Assembly: GCA_965202985.1 (NCBI GenBank)
Contig: CBDBCF010000001.1
Coordinates: 608,001 to 672,000, forward strand
Origin: Longimicrobiales bacterium
GTDB taxonomy: Bacteria > Gemmatimonadota > Gemmatimonadetes > Longimicrobiales > Gaopeijiaceae
DNA: 64,000 nt
Reading direction: 5' to 3'
Translations under genes and position numbers: made by a program
Notes under the pieces: model-generated
What the model was told of the DNA's origin: nothing
Seen by the model: only the letters and a program-made list of their open reading frames with translations
Database searches by the model: none
Shown: in pieces, positions 47,024 to 56,169 of the stretch
How the letters are laid out: the number at the start of each line of letters is the position of its first letter
Numbering within the stretch: the stretch's first letter is position 1

Positions 47024-47815
47024 TCACGACTCCGCCGGTCCGGCCGGCTTCGACCCCGGCTCCACGTAGCCGCACAGGCCGCTTATGCGAGCCGCCGACA
47101 CCATCGCCTCCTTGCCCATCAGGCGAATCCGGTCGTTGGTGGCGCGGCTGCGCGGAGCGTCCACGGTCAGGGCGGCAACAACCTTGCCGGTGCGGTCGCG
47201 GACCGGCGCCCCGACGGAGCTGATCTCGGACAAGCCTTCGCCCACGTTCACGGAATAGCCCCGCTCGCGCGTCTTGCCCAGTTCGGACTCGAGGCCGGCG
47301 CGGGTGGTGATCGTCCGCAGGGTCCACGCCTTCAGGGCTTCGCTTCCCAGCAGGTCCATCCGCTCTTTCTGGGACCGCCACGCCAGCAGCACCTTGCCCC
47401 CGGCGGTCGCGTGCAGCGGAAGCTGATCGCCCACGATCTGGGACAGTCGCTCGAACTGGCTGATCTCTTCCGTCGCAACGATGACGGCCGCGTTGCCGGA
47501 CAACTTCATGAGCGCCGTCATTTCGCCCACGCGACGGGCCAGCGCGCGCAGCTCCGGATGGGCAACCCTTTGAAGCGACGTGGAGCGCTGGGCCAGTTCG
47601 CCAAGCACCGCAAACCGGATGCCCAGCCGAAAGAGGCCGGTGTGCGGGTCCTGATCGAGGAATCCGGATTCGGCGAACTGTTGCAGAAGCCGTTCCGCCG
47701 TGCTCGGGGAGTTCTCCGTCAGGGCGGCGACTTCCGCGGGGCTCAGCTCGGGCCTTTCCCGGGTGAACAGTCCCAGGACTTGGTTCAGGGAGTCGAGCAA
47801 AGGGGCTCTCGCCAA
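47024..47815 (-). CDS. IclR-family transcriptional regulator
   Basis: N-terminal HTH, PLHATAGGKVLLA, T..TIT, RERGYS, SVGAPV. Confidence 0.92.
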   Translation of the reverse strand: MARAPLLDSLNQVLGLFTRERPELSPAEVAALTENSPSTAERLLQQFAESGFLDQDPHTGLFRLGIRFAVLGELAQRSTSLQRVAHPELRALARRVGEMTALMKLSGNAAVIVATEEISQFERLSQIVGDQLPLHATAGGKVLLAWRSQKERMDLLGSEALKAWTLRTITTRAGLESELGKTRERGYSVNVGEGLSEISSVGAPVRDRTGKVVAALTVDAPRSRATNDRIRLMGKEAMVSAARISGLCGYVEPGSKPAGPAES

Positions 47816-47970
47816 AGGTGTCCTGCCTGCTTACGGGAGTCGCGGAACGCCCTTGCTTGCGACCGGCGTCTCGCTGGGCTAGCTTACCGCCCGTTCGATG
47901 CTTCATAGTGGCGCCGTCGCGCCCGACGGGCAACGGGAACGCCGAGCGGGAGAACGAGTCGCAGCCCGAA

Positions 47971-49278
47971 ATGGACCAGGAATACGACGCCATCGTCATC
48001 GGGGCCGGAATCATTGGCGCGTCGGTGGGCTTTCACTTGGCGAGAGGCGGCCGCCGCACGCTCAACGTGGACAAGCACCCCGCGGCCGGGTTCGGCTCCA
48101 CGAGCAGCAGCTGCGCCATCGTCCGCTTTCACTACTCCACGTTGCAGGGGTGCGCCATGGCGCGGGAAAGCTACTTTCATTGGCTGGACTGGGGGCGGTA
48201 CTTGGGCGTCGCCGACGAAAAAGGGCTGGCAAAGTACGTCAACACGGGCGGCTTGATCACTAAAACCGAGCGAAATGGTTGTCTTGTGCAGGTCATGCGA
48301 TGCCTGGACGAACTGAGCATTCCTTACGAAGAACTCGAAGCCGAGGAGGTCGCCCAGCGTTTTCCGTGGATCGACGCTCGCGCGTACGGCCCTCCGGTGC
48401 CCCTGAACGACGCGCGCTTCGGACAACCGTCGGGCGGGCAGATCGCGGGCGCCGTGTACGTGCCCGAGACCGGATACGTGGACGATCCCACGCTGGCGTG
48501 CCACAACCTGCAGCGCGCCTGCGAGCAACACGGCGGGCGGTTTCGCTTCGGCGCCGAGGTCGTGGAGGTCCGCCGGCGGGACGGGCGCGTCGCGGGCGTG
48601 ACGCTGGCAGAAGGCGAAGAGATCGAGGCGCCGGTCGTGGTCAACGTCGCCGGTCCGCATTCCGGGGCGGTCAACGCCATGGCCGGGGTGCTGGACGGCA
48701 TGAACGTGCAAACGCGCCCTTTGAAGGTGGAGGTGTGCTACGTCCCTGCGCCCAACGGCATGGATTACGAGCAGGTGGCGCCGCTGATCTCGGACGGCGA
48801 TATCGGATGCTATTCGCGGCCTGCGACCGGCAATCACATCGTGGTCGGCTCGGAGGACCCCGCGTGCGACGAGCGCGCGTGGGTGGACGACCCGGACGAC
48901 TACAACACCGGCTTCACGCATCAATGGGAAACGCAAGTCATGCGCGAGGCGCAACGGATCAAGGGACTGGGAGTCCCCGGACAAACTGGAGGCGTAGTGG
49001 ACTTGTACGACGTATCGGACGACTGGATCCCCATCTACGACAAATCGGACCTTCCGGGCTTCTACATGGCCGTGGGCACGTCCGGCAACCAGTTCAAGAA
49101 CGCGCCCGTGGCGGGCCGCGCCATGGCCGAACTGGTGGACAAGGTGGAGGCGGGACGCGACCACGACGCCGATCCCGTGTCGGTCCCCCTGCCCTGCACG
49201 CGACGCGAATGCGACCTGGGCTTCTTCAGCCGCAGGCGCCGCCCCAACCGTGCTTCCTCCATGTCGGTGATCGGCTGA
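47971..49278 (+). CDS. FAD-dependent oxidoreductase (sarcosine oxidase beta/DAO family)
   Basis: IVIGAGIIG, VVNVAGP, YDVSDDWIPI, GTSGNQFKNAP. Confidence 0.88.
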   Translation: MDQEYDAIVIGAGIIGASVGFHLARGGRRTLNVDKHPAAGFGSTSSSCAIVRFHYSTLQGCAMARESYFHWLDWGRYLGVADEKGLAKYVNTGGLITKTERNGCLVQVMRCLDELSIPYEELEAEEVAQRFPWIDARAYGPPVPLNDARFGQPSGGQIAGAVYVPETGYVDDPTLACHNLQRACEQHGGRFRFGAEVVEVRRRDGRVAGVTLAEGEEIEAPVVVNVAGPHSGAVNAMAGVLDGMNVQTRPLKVEVCYVPAPNGMDYEQVAPLISDGDIGCYSRPATGNHIVVGSEDPACDERAWVDDPDDYNTGFTHQWETQVMREAQRIKGLGVPGQTGGVVDLYDVSDDWIPIYDKSDLPGFYMAVGTSGNQFKNAPVAGRAMAELVDKVEAGRDHDADPVSVPLPCTRRECDLGFFSRRRRPNRASSMSVIG

Positions 49279-51773
49279 TGGGGGCCGCGAAGCGAAGCGC
49301 CCGTTCCGCTATTGCCGCCACCCGGCGCGCAGCAGCGCTCGGGGCGACGGTCCTGGGCGCGGCCACCGCTTCCGCTGCGGCTGGCGGAGCGGCAGCCCAT
49401 GCGGCGGCGGGCCAGCAGATGCTCACGGAACGAGAGTACGCCCGGGCGGAGCAGTTTCTGCCTTGGAACGCCGCCAAGCTGGTGTCGGGAGACCAGGTGG
49501 CGCCCGAGTTCTTCGACGGCGACCGCTTCTGGTTCCGCAGCCGGACGGGGACCGGCCACGAGTTCGTGGTGGTGGACCCGGCAGCCCGGACGCGCGCACC
49601 GGCGTTCGATCACGACCGCTTGGCCGCGGCGCTGTCGCTGGCCGCCGATACGGCCTACGAGGGCCACGCGCTGCCCTTCGACGAGTTCGAGTTCGTCGAG
49701 GAGGGCGTCGCCGTCCGCTTTCATGTGGCCGACTCCGTTCGCTGGACATGCCGCTTGGTGACGGCCGGCGGCACCGGCTACGCCTGCTCGGGGCCGGACG
49801 CCGTGCCCGCGCCCTCGGATGCAGAGCGAAGGTCGCCGGACGGGCGATGGGTCGCCTTCGCTCGGGACGAGAATCTGTGGATTCGCGAAGCGGCGACCGG
49901 CAACGAGGTCCAGCTGAGCCGCGACGGCGAGGTGGATTTCGGCTATGGCGCCGTCCCGGAGGGTTGCTGCCAGGAAATCACCAGCCGGCGCGACGGTCGG
50001 GAGCGGTCTCCCGTGCTTCAGTGGTCGCCCGACTCCCGGCGCATCGCCACGCACAGGTACGACGAGCGGGGCGTGGGCAAGTTCCACCTGCTTGAAGCCG
50101 CCGACGGACGTCCCGTGCTCCACTCATGGGCTTATGCATTGCCGGGCGATTCCGTGATTCCAACCGCGGAACTCTGGGTCTTCGACGTGGAGGCCGCCCA
50201 AGGCGTGCGCGCACAGGTCGAAGCACAGCCGGGGAACTTCACTCGTGGCGACACGACCTACGCGGACGTGCAGTGGACGCGCGACGGACGCCACGTGTTC
50301 TACACGCACCGGAGCCGCGACTTCAAGAGCTACGCCTTGTACAAGGTGGACGCATCCACGGGCGACGCGACGCGCCTGCTCGGAGAGACCGGGCCCACCT
50401 ACGTGGAGCTCAACCAGTTCACCTACTTGCCGCCGGCATGGCGAGTGCTGGGCGACGGCTCCGAGTTTCTTTGGTGGTCCGAGCGCGACGGTTTCGGTCA
50501 CCTGTACCTGTACGACGGCGACGGCAACTTGAAGAACCGCGTCACCGCGGGGCCGTGGCTGGTCACCGAGGTTGTGGCCGTGGACGAAGACGCGCGCATG
50601 GTCTACTTCGCCGCGGCCGGACGCGAAGAGGGCCGGCACCCGTACTTCGTCCACATCTACAGAGCAAGCTTGGACGGCGCGGATCGCCCATCAGCTGGCG
50701 AAGGCGCAGTCGGCGACGCGGCGCCCCCGCAGCTGCTGACGCCCGAAGATGCGGTCCATCAGGTTATTGCTTCGCCATCGGGACGCTATTTCCTGGACCG
50801 ATATTCGACGCCGGAGACGCCTCCGACCGCCGTGCTCCGGAACCGGGACGGATCGGTGCGCATGACGGTCGAAACGGCAGACGTTTCCAGGCTGGTCGAA
50901 GCGGGATGGGTTCCGCCGGTGCGCTTCCGGGCCCGGGGACGCGACGGCACGACGCCCGTGTACGGGCTCCTGTGGTTCCCGCCGGGCTTCAACGCGGAGA
51001 CGGACTCCGCACCACCCGGGACGCCCGCGAACCCTCCCGCCCGCTATCCCGTGGTGGACTACATCTACCCGGGACCGCAGATCGGCGCAGTCACGCGCTA
51101 TGACTTCTCGGCGTCAGGGCGGGGCAATGGCCGAGCGCTCGCGGAGCTCGGCTTCGTGGTCTTCGCCGTGGACGCCTTCGGGACGCCGTTGCGCTCGAAG
51201 GCGTTCCACGACGGCTACTACGGCAACATGGGAGACAACGGCTTGCCCGACCACATCTCCGCGCTCAAGGAACTGGCAAGCCGATACCCCCGGATCGACC
51301 TGGATCGGGTCGGCATCTTCGGCCATTCGGGCGGCGGCTTCTCGTCCACGGACGCGATTCTGCGCTACCCGGACTTCTACAAGGTGGCGGTGTCGGGCGC
51401 GGGCAACCACGACAACCGGGGCTACCACTTCCCATGGGGCGAAAAGTACCAGGGCCTGCTGGAAGCGAACGCCGCCGGAGGCGACAACTACGACAGCCAA
51501 GCCAACCAAGAACTGGCCGCCGACCTGCGCGGCAAGCTGCTGCTGCACTACGGCACGCTGGACGACAACGTGCATCCCAACATGACGATCCGTCTCGTGG
51601 AGGAGCTGATCCGCCACAACAAGGACTTCGACATGTTCGTGCTTCCCAACCGCAACCACGGATATGCAAACGAGCCCTACGTAGTGCGGCGTACCTGGGA
51701 CTACTTCGTGGAGCACCTGTTGGGCAAGAAGCCGCCCCACGAGTACGAAATCACGGGGCCGGGGTCGCTCTAG
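49278..51773 (+). CDS. S9B dipeptidyl-peptidase IV family protein, exported
   Basis: SPDG/WSPDS propeller repeats, WSERDGFGHLY, YPGP, GHSGGG, DDNVH, NH. Confidence 0.92.
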   Translation: MGAAKRSARSAIAATRRAAALGATVLGAATASAAAGGAAAHAAAGQQMLTEREYARAEQFLPWNAAKLVSGDQVAPEFFDGDRFWFRSRTGTGHEFVVVDPAARTRAPAFDHDRLAAALSLAADTAYEGHALPFDEFEFVEEGVAVRFHVADSVRWTCRLVTAGGTGYACSGPDAVPAPSDAERRSPDGRWVAFARDENLWIREAATGNEVQLSRDGEVDFGYGAVPEGCCQEITSRRDGRERSPVLQWSPDSRRIATHRYDERGVGKFHLLEAADGRPVLHSWAYALPGDSVIPTAELWVFDVEAAQGVRAQVEAQPGNFTRGDTTYADVQWTRDGRHVFYTHRSRDFKSYALYKVDASTGDATRLLGETGPTYVELNQFTYLPPAWRVLGDGSEFLWWSERDGFGHLYLYDGDGNLKNRVTAGPWLVTEVVAVDEDARMVYFAAAGREEGRHPYFVHIYRASLDGADRPSAGEGAVGDAAPPQLLTPEDAVHQVIASPSGRYFLDRYSTPETPPTAVLRNRDGSVRMTVETADVSRLVEAGWVPPVRFRARGRDGTTPVYGLLWFPPGFNAETDSAPPGTPANPPARYPVVDYIYPGPQIGAVTRYDFSASGRGNGRALAELGFVVFAVDAFGTPLRSKAFHDGYYGNMGDNGLPDHISALKELASRYPRIDLDRVGIFGHSGGGFSSTDAILRYPDFYKVAVSGAGNHDNRGYHFPWGEKYQGLLEANAAGGDNYDSQANQELAADLRGKLLLHYGTLDDNVHPNMTIRLVEELIRHNKDFDMFVLPNRNHGYANEPYVVRRTWDYFVEHLLGKKPPHEYEITGPGSL

Positions 51774-51776
51774 CGC

Positions 51777-53129
51777 ATGAGTTCGCCAGTTCGCGCCCGT
51801 CATGTCAACCGCTTGTCGCGACGGCGCTTTCTTGGGGGACTTGCAGCGGCGTGCGCAGCATCAACGGCGCAGCTTCGACACGTCCAGCCGGGGGCGCAGG
51901 GGCTTCGGGTCGACGGCGAGCGAGTCAATGGATTCTTGGCCGATCTTCGGCGGTTCGGCGGCACGCCCGACGGCGGAACTACGCGCTTGGCCTACAGCGA
52001 CGAGGACTTGGCCGCCCGAGACTACGCAACGGGCGTCATGGAACGGGCCGGGTTGCGTGTTTCCACCGACCTGGCCGGAAACTTGGTCGGCGAGCGGGTC
52101 GGAACCGATCCGCGACTCCGAACGCAACCGATCATTGCGGGGTCCCACATGGACACCGTTCCCGGGGGCGGCAGCTACGACGGCCACGTGGGCTCCGCCA
52201 GCGCGATCGAAGTCGCCTTGACGCTGAACGAGCACGGCGTCCGGACCCGCCATCCGCTCGAAGTCGTGATCTTCCAAAACGAAGAGGGCGGCAAGACGGG
52301 CAGTCGCGCACTGGTCGGGCGGGTCGAGCCCTTCGAGCTGGAGATCGAGACGGCGTCGGGGTTCACGATCCGTCATGGCATCGCCCGCTTGGGCGGCGAC
52401 CCGGATCGCCTGGACGAGGCCCGTCGCGCGCCGGGCGCCATGGCCGGGTTCTTCGAGCTTCACATCGAGCAGGGCGGCCTCCTCGAAGCCGCGAACGCGC
52501 AGATCGGGGTGGTGGAAGGGATCGTGGGCATCCGGCGGTGGAACGTGACGGTCCGCGGAATGGCCAACCATGCAGGCACAACCCCGATGGACCAGCGCCG
52601 AGACGCGCTCGTAGCCGCCGCCGACTTTGTTCGGGCCGTACACCTGGCGGCCATGGAGATGCCCGGCCGACAGGTCGCCACCGTCGGACGGATCGAGGCT
52701 CTCCCCGGAGCGCCCAACGTCGTGCCGGGTTCGGTTCGCGCCAGCCTGGAGATCCGCGACTTGTCCATGGCGAAGATCGACCGCGTGTTCGCCGAGATCA
52801 GGCGGCGGGCGGCGGTGGTCGCCCGAACCCGGGACGTGTCCATCGACTTCGACCGCTTCTACGAGAGCTTGGCCGCTCCCACGGACCCCCGCCTCCGCGA
52901 CATCGTGGAGGCGTCCGCCTCTGCGCTTGGCTGTTCGAGCATGCGGATGCCGTCCGGCGCAGGCCACGACGCCCAGAGCATGGCCGAGCTGGGACCCGTC
53001 GGCATGATCTTTGTCCCCAGCCGGAACGGCATCAGCCACTCGCCCTTGGAGCACACCCCCGCCGCCGACGTGATCCGCGGCGCCGACGTGTTGTTGCGCT
53101 CCGTGCTGGCGCTGGACGAGGCGGGCTGA
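51777..53129 (+). CDS. M20-family Zn hydrolase (N-carbamoyl-amino-acid/allantoate amidohydrolase type) with Tat signal
   Basis: SRRRFL; GSHMDTV..GG.YDG, NEEG, ELHIEQG, NHAGTTPM, SGAGHDA, SHSP.E. Confidence 0.9.
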   Translation: MSSPVRARHVNRLSRRRFLGGLAAACAASTAQLRHVQPGAQGLRVDGERVNGFLADLRRFGGTPDGGTTRLAYSDEDLAARDYATGVMERAGLRVSTDLAGNLVGERVGTDPRLRTQPIIAGSHMDTVPGGGSYDGHVGSASAIEVALTLNEHGVRTRHPLEVVIFQNEEGGKTGSRALVGRVEPFELEIETASGFTIRHGIARLGGDPDRLDEARRAPGAMAGFFELHIEQGGLLEAANAQIGVVEGIVGIRRWNVTVRGMANHAGTTPMDQRRDALVAAADFVRAVHLAAMEMPGRQVATVGRIEALPGAPNVVPGSVRASLEIRDLSMAKIDRVFAEIRRRAAVVARTRDVSIDFDRFYESLAAPTDPRLRDIVEASASALGCSSMRMPSGAGHDAQSMAELGPVGMIFVPSRNGISHSPLEHTPAADVIRGADVLLRSVLALDEAG

Positions 53130-53147
53130 CCGCCTCTCCCGTGGTCC

Positions 53148-54299
53148 CTACACCCAGCCCTTCCTTCTGAAGTCGCGCAGGGTGTCGCAGAAGCGGCCCA
53201 TGTCTTCGGGCAGGCCGAACGACAGGCGGTTCCAGTCGAGCATGGGCGGGAAGTCCCGGCCGACCAGGAACCCGACCTCCGCCATGCGGCCCCGGTAGGT
53301 GGCCAAGTCGCCCGCGATCCGGTGCATGATGAAGTTGGTCTGGGTGGGCATGTGCTCCAGGCCCAGCTCGTCCAGGGTGGTCTGCACCATCGCCTTGGCC
53401 TCCTGGTTGACCTTGCGGCTCTTGGTCATCAGGGCCTCGTCCCGGAACGACGCGCTCGCCGCCGCCAGCGCCAGCTGGTTCGCGTTGTTTCGCGAGGCGA
53501 AATCCGACAGGCGCGCCGCCGTGTCCGGGTGCGCGATGCCGTAGCCCAGTCGGAGTCCCGCCAAGCCGTAGATCTTCGAGAACGTCTTGACGACCAGGAC
53601 GTTCCGCTTCTCGGCGATCCACGGCAGCGAACTCCACATCCGCTCGTCTTCCACGTACTCGATGTACGCTTCGTCGGACAGGAAGAAGACGTGCTCCGGG
53701 GCGTCCGCGATCCAGGCGTCGATCTCCGCGCTGGGCGTGATCGTGGCCGTCGGGTTGTTGGGGTTGCAGAGGTAGACCAGCGCGGGCCGGCCCGTGCTCT
53801 CCGCGGCCTCGCGCATCCGGCCCAGGTCGTGTTCGCGCGCCGCGTTCAGCGGCACCTTGACCAGCTCGTAGGATTCGGTGCGCTGGTAGTCGGTCACCGC
53901 CTCGTAGGTGGGATCGGCCATGACCAGCCGAGCCCGGGGCGCCGCGAACGCCTGCACCGCCATCTGGAGAACCTCTGCCGAGCCGGTGCCGATCATGACC
54001 TGCTCGGTCCCGACGTCGTGGGCCTCGGCCAGCTTGGCCACCAGCGACGACTGCTGGTCCGACGGGTAGCGGTTGGCCAGCACGATCGCCTCCACCAAGG
54101 CGTCCTTGGCCGCCGGCGAGATCCCCAGCGGGTTCTCGTTCGAGTTCAGCCGGACGCCCCCGTTGCTGGTCCTGCGTCCCGGCCCGGCGGCCAGCGCCGA
54201 GAGCGGTCGAGCCGCGCCTGCGCCGAACGTGCCCGTCGCCAGTCCCGACACGGCGATCCCCGAGAGTGTTCCCTTCGTGATGAATGCCCGCCGCTTCAT
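53148..54299 (-). CDS. PLP-dependent class I/II aminotransferase (HisC-like) with Tat signal
   Basis: KRRAFI; LNSNENP, CNPNNPT, DEAY, TFSKIYGLAGLRLGY. Confidence 0.88.
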   Translation of the reverse strand: MKRRAFITKGTLSGIAVSGLATGTFGAGAARPLSALAAGPGRRTSNGGVRLNSNENPLGISPAAKDALVEAIVLANRYPSDQQSSLVAKLAEAHDVGTEQVMIGTGSAEVLQMAVQAFAAPRARLVMADPTYEAVTDYQRTESYELVKVPLNAAREHDLGRMREAAESTGRPALVYLCNPNNPTATITPSAEIDAWIADAPEHVFFLSDEAYIEYVEDERMWSSLPWIAEKRNVLVVKTFSKIYGLAGLRLGYGIAHPDTAARLSDFASRNNANQLALAAASASFRDEALMTKSRKVNQEAKAMVQTTLDELGLEHMPTQTNFIMHRIAGDLATYRGRMAEVGFLVGRDFPPMLDWNRLSFGLPEDMGRFCDTLRDFRRKGWV

Positions 54300-54417
54300 G
54301 ATCGTGCCTCCGTTGGTTTGCGTCTGGTCGTCCCCGGCCTCGCGCCTATAGTGGCAAGGTGCGGCGCGACGCGCCAGTGCGAGCGCCCAAAGCCGCCAGG
54401 TCGCCGCGACGCGCCGG

Positions 54418-56169
54418 TCATCCGCCGGCCGGCGTCTCGTCCAGGACGTCGTCGCGTGTGCCCGTCATCTCCCACCGCACCAGCGTCACCGGGATCACGC
54501 CCGCGGCGAAGAAGCGGTCGAAGAAGTCCTTGACCGTGAAGGCGTCGCCCTGCTGCAAAGCCCACTCGGCCATCAGTTCCTCGATCTGAACCTTCCCCGT
54601 CAGGTAGCTGGTGCCGTACCCGGGCTGCTGCAGGTACAGGTGCTGTTCGTTCCGCACCAAGTCGGCGTCGGGAAGCCATCCCCGGGGCGTCCACTCGGTG
54701 GCGTGCGCCACGGCCTGCTCCATGTCGAATACGTTGCCGTGCAGGTAGAGGCCGCTCAACGCCCGCGCCGCGCGCTGCGCCAGCATGATCCACACCAACT
54801 CGCGCGACCTGGGCTTCCCGGCCAGGATGCCGGCGTGCATCGCCATCTCCTCCATCCCCGTGGCCAGGCCCTCGGAGCGCGCGTCCCAGATGTTGTACAG
54901 GAGCGGCGTTCGTCGCACGACGCTGGCATGAGGCGTCTCGACCATGGCCGCCAGCTCGATCCAGTGGTGCAGGTGCGCCCGCATGACCACCGGGTCCCGG
55001 TAGTTCACCTCGCTGAAGAAGTTGCGGATCTCGCCCGGCGCGGCCGGCACGAAGGTCCCGTTCTTGGCGCGCAACGCCGGGTCCATCCACGGCTGCACGG
55101 TTTGGATCGCGTCCTCCTCCAGGAACCGCATGTAGTCGTCCACGGCCTCGTTCAGCCGCCGGTCGTACTCCTCCGCGCCGGCGATCCGCTCCAGCGACGG
55201 CAGGCTCCGGTTGCGGTGCTCCTCCAGCCGCAGCGAAGAGTGGGCGCGGGCCAGCTCCCGGCGCATGAGCGTCACCTGCTGTTCCCACGAATAGGGCACC
55301 AAGTGGACGTTCCGCATGTACCACGTGTACTGGTCCTTGCCCACGCCCGACGGGCCCGTCTTGGCCGCGGCCGTGCTCTCGATCCAGTCGTGGAACGCAA
55401 GCGTCGCAGCGCGGGCAGCGGCGACGGCGGCCTCGAGGTCCTCGCGCGTGTCGGCAACGCGCTGGGCGAACGACGCCAGCTCCGCCTCCTGCCGTCGGAA
55501 CGAGCGCAGCCCCGCCATCCACAGGTCGCCGGCGTCTCCGGTCAGGTTGACGCGGGCTTGGTCCAGCAGCTCGGGGATCGCGCCGATTCTGGACGCCAGC
55601 TCGTCGGCGTCGGCGTCGGACAAGGGGTAGTCGTAGGTCCACAGGTCGATCCAGCCGTGAACCACCGGTCCCTCGTGCGCGGGCACGTCGCTCTGGGCGT
55701 CGAACACGCTGGCGTAGAACGCCGGGTTGCGCGCCCACGGACGGCGCACGCGGTGGTCGAAGTCCAACCCGTTCATCTCCGCCCGCACCAAGTGCCAGTC
55801 GATCTGCTGCTCGACGGGCCAGTCCCGGCCCCGGGGGTCCAGCGCCTCCAGGCGGGCGCGCCACGCGGGCAGCGCGTCGTACTGCGCCGCCATGGCGTCT
55901 TCCGAGTAGTCGGGCACGCCGTTCGCGAACTCGGGCGACTCGAACTCGCGCCACTCGGCGAAGAGCGCCGTCAGCGCGTCGTAGCCGCCCGCGACGGCGG
56001 CCGCCGCCGCGGCGCTGGCCTGGGCTACGTCGCCGGACCCCGCGGCGTTCCGGCCGTCCTCGATCCCGCAGCCGGCCAGCGCCAACAACAAGCACGCCAG
56101 CGTCGACCACCTCCGCCGGCCCGACTTCGCTCCCGCCAACCGAACGCCCAGTCGCCCGCCGCCCTTCAC
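54418..56169 (-). CDS. DUF885-family lipoprotein
   Basis: Lipobox LAGC; PWARNP.FY, SEGLA...E, QPGYGTSY..GK, F..KDF.D.F...G.IP; GTGA overlap. Confidence 0.8.
   Translation of the reverse strand: MKGGGRLGVRLAGAKSGRRRWSTLACLLLALAGCGIEDGRNAAGSGDVAQASAAAAAAVAGGYDALTALFAEWREFESPEFANGVPDYSEDAMAAQYDALPAWRARLEALDPRGRDWPVEQQIDWHLVRAEMNGLDFDHRVRRPWARNPAFYASVFDAQSDVPAHEGPVVHGWIDLWTYDYPLSDADADELASRIGAIPELLDQARVNLTGDAGDLWMAGLRSFRRQEAELASFAQRVADTREDLEAAVAAARAATLAFHDWIESTAAAKTGPSGVGKDQYTWYMRNVHLVPYSWEQQVTLMRRELARAHSSLRLEEHRNRSLPSLERIAGAEEYDRRLNEAVDDYMRFLEEDAIQTVQPWMDPALRAKNGTFVPAAPGEIRNFFSEVNYRDPVVMRAHLHHWIELAAMVETPHASVVRRTPLLYNIWDARSEGLATGMEEMAMHAGILAGKPRSRELVWIMLAQRAARALSGLYLHGNVFDMEQAVAHATEWTPRGWLPDADLVRNEQHLYLQQPGYGTSYLTGKVQIEELMAEWALQQGDAFTVKDFFDRFFAAGVIPVTLVRWEMTGTRDDVLDETPAGG

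Noticed and set aside
53148..54299. Assigning the symbol hisC
   Set aside because: Tat-like leader and absence of his-operon context argue against the biosynthetic enzyme.
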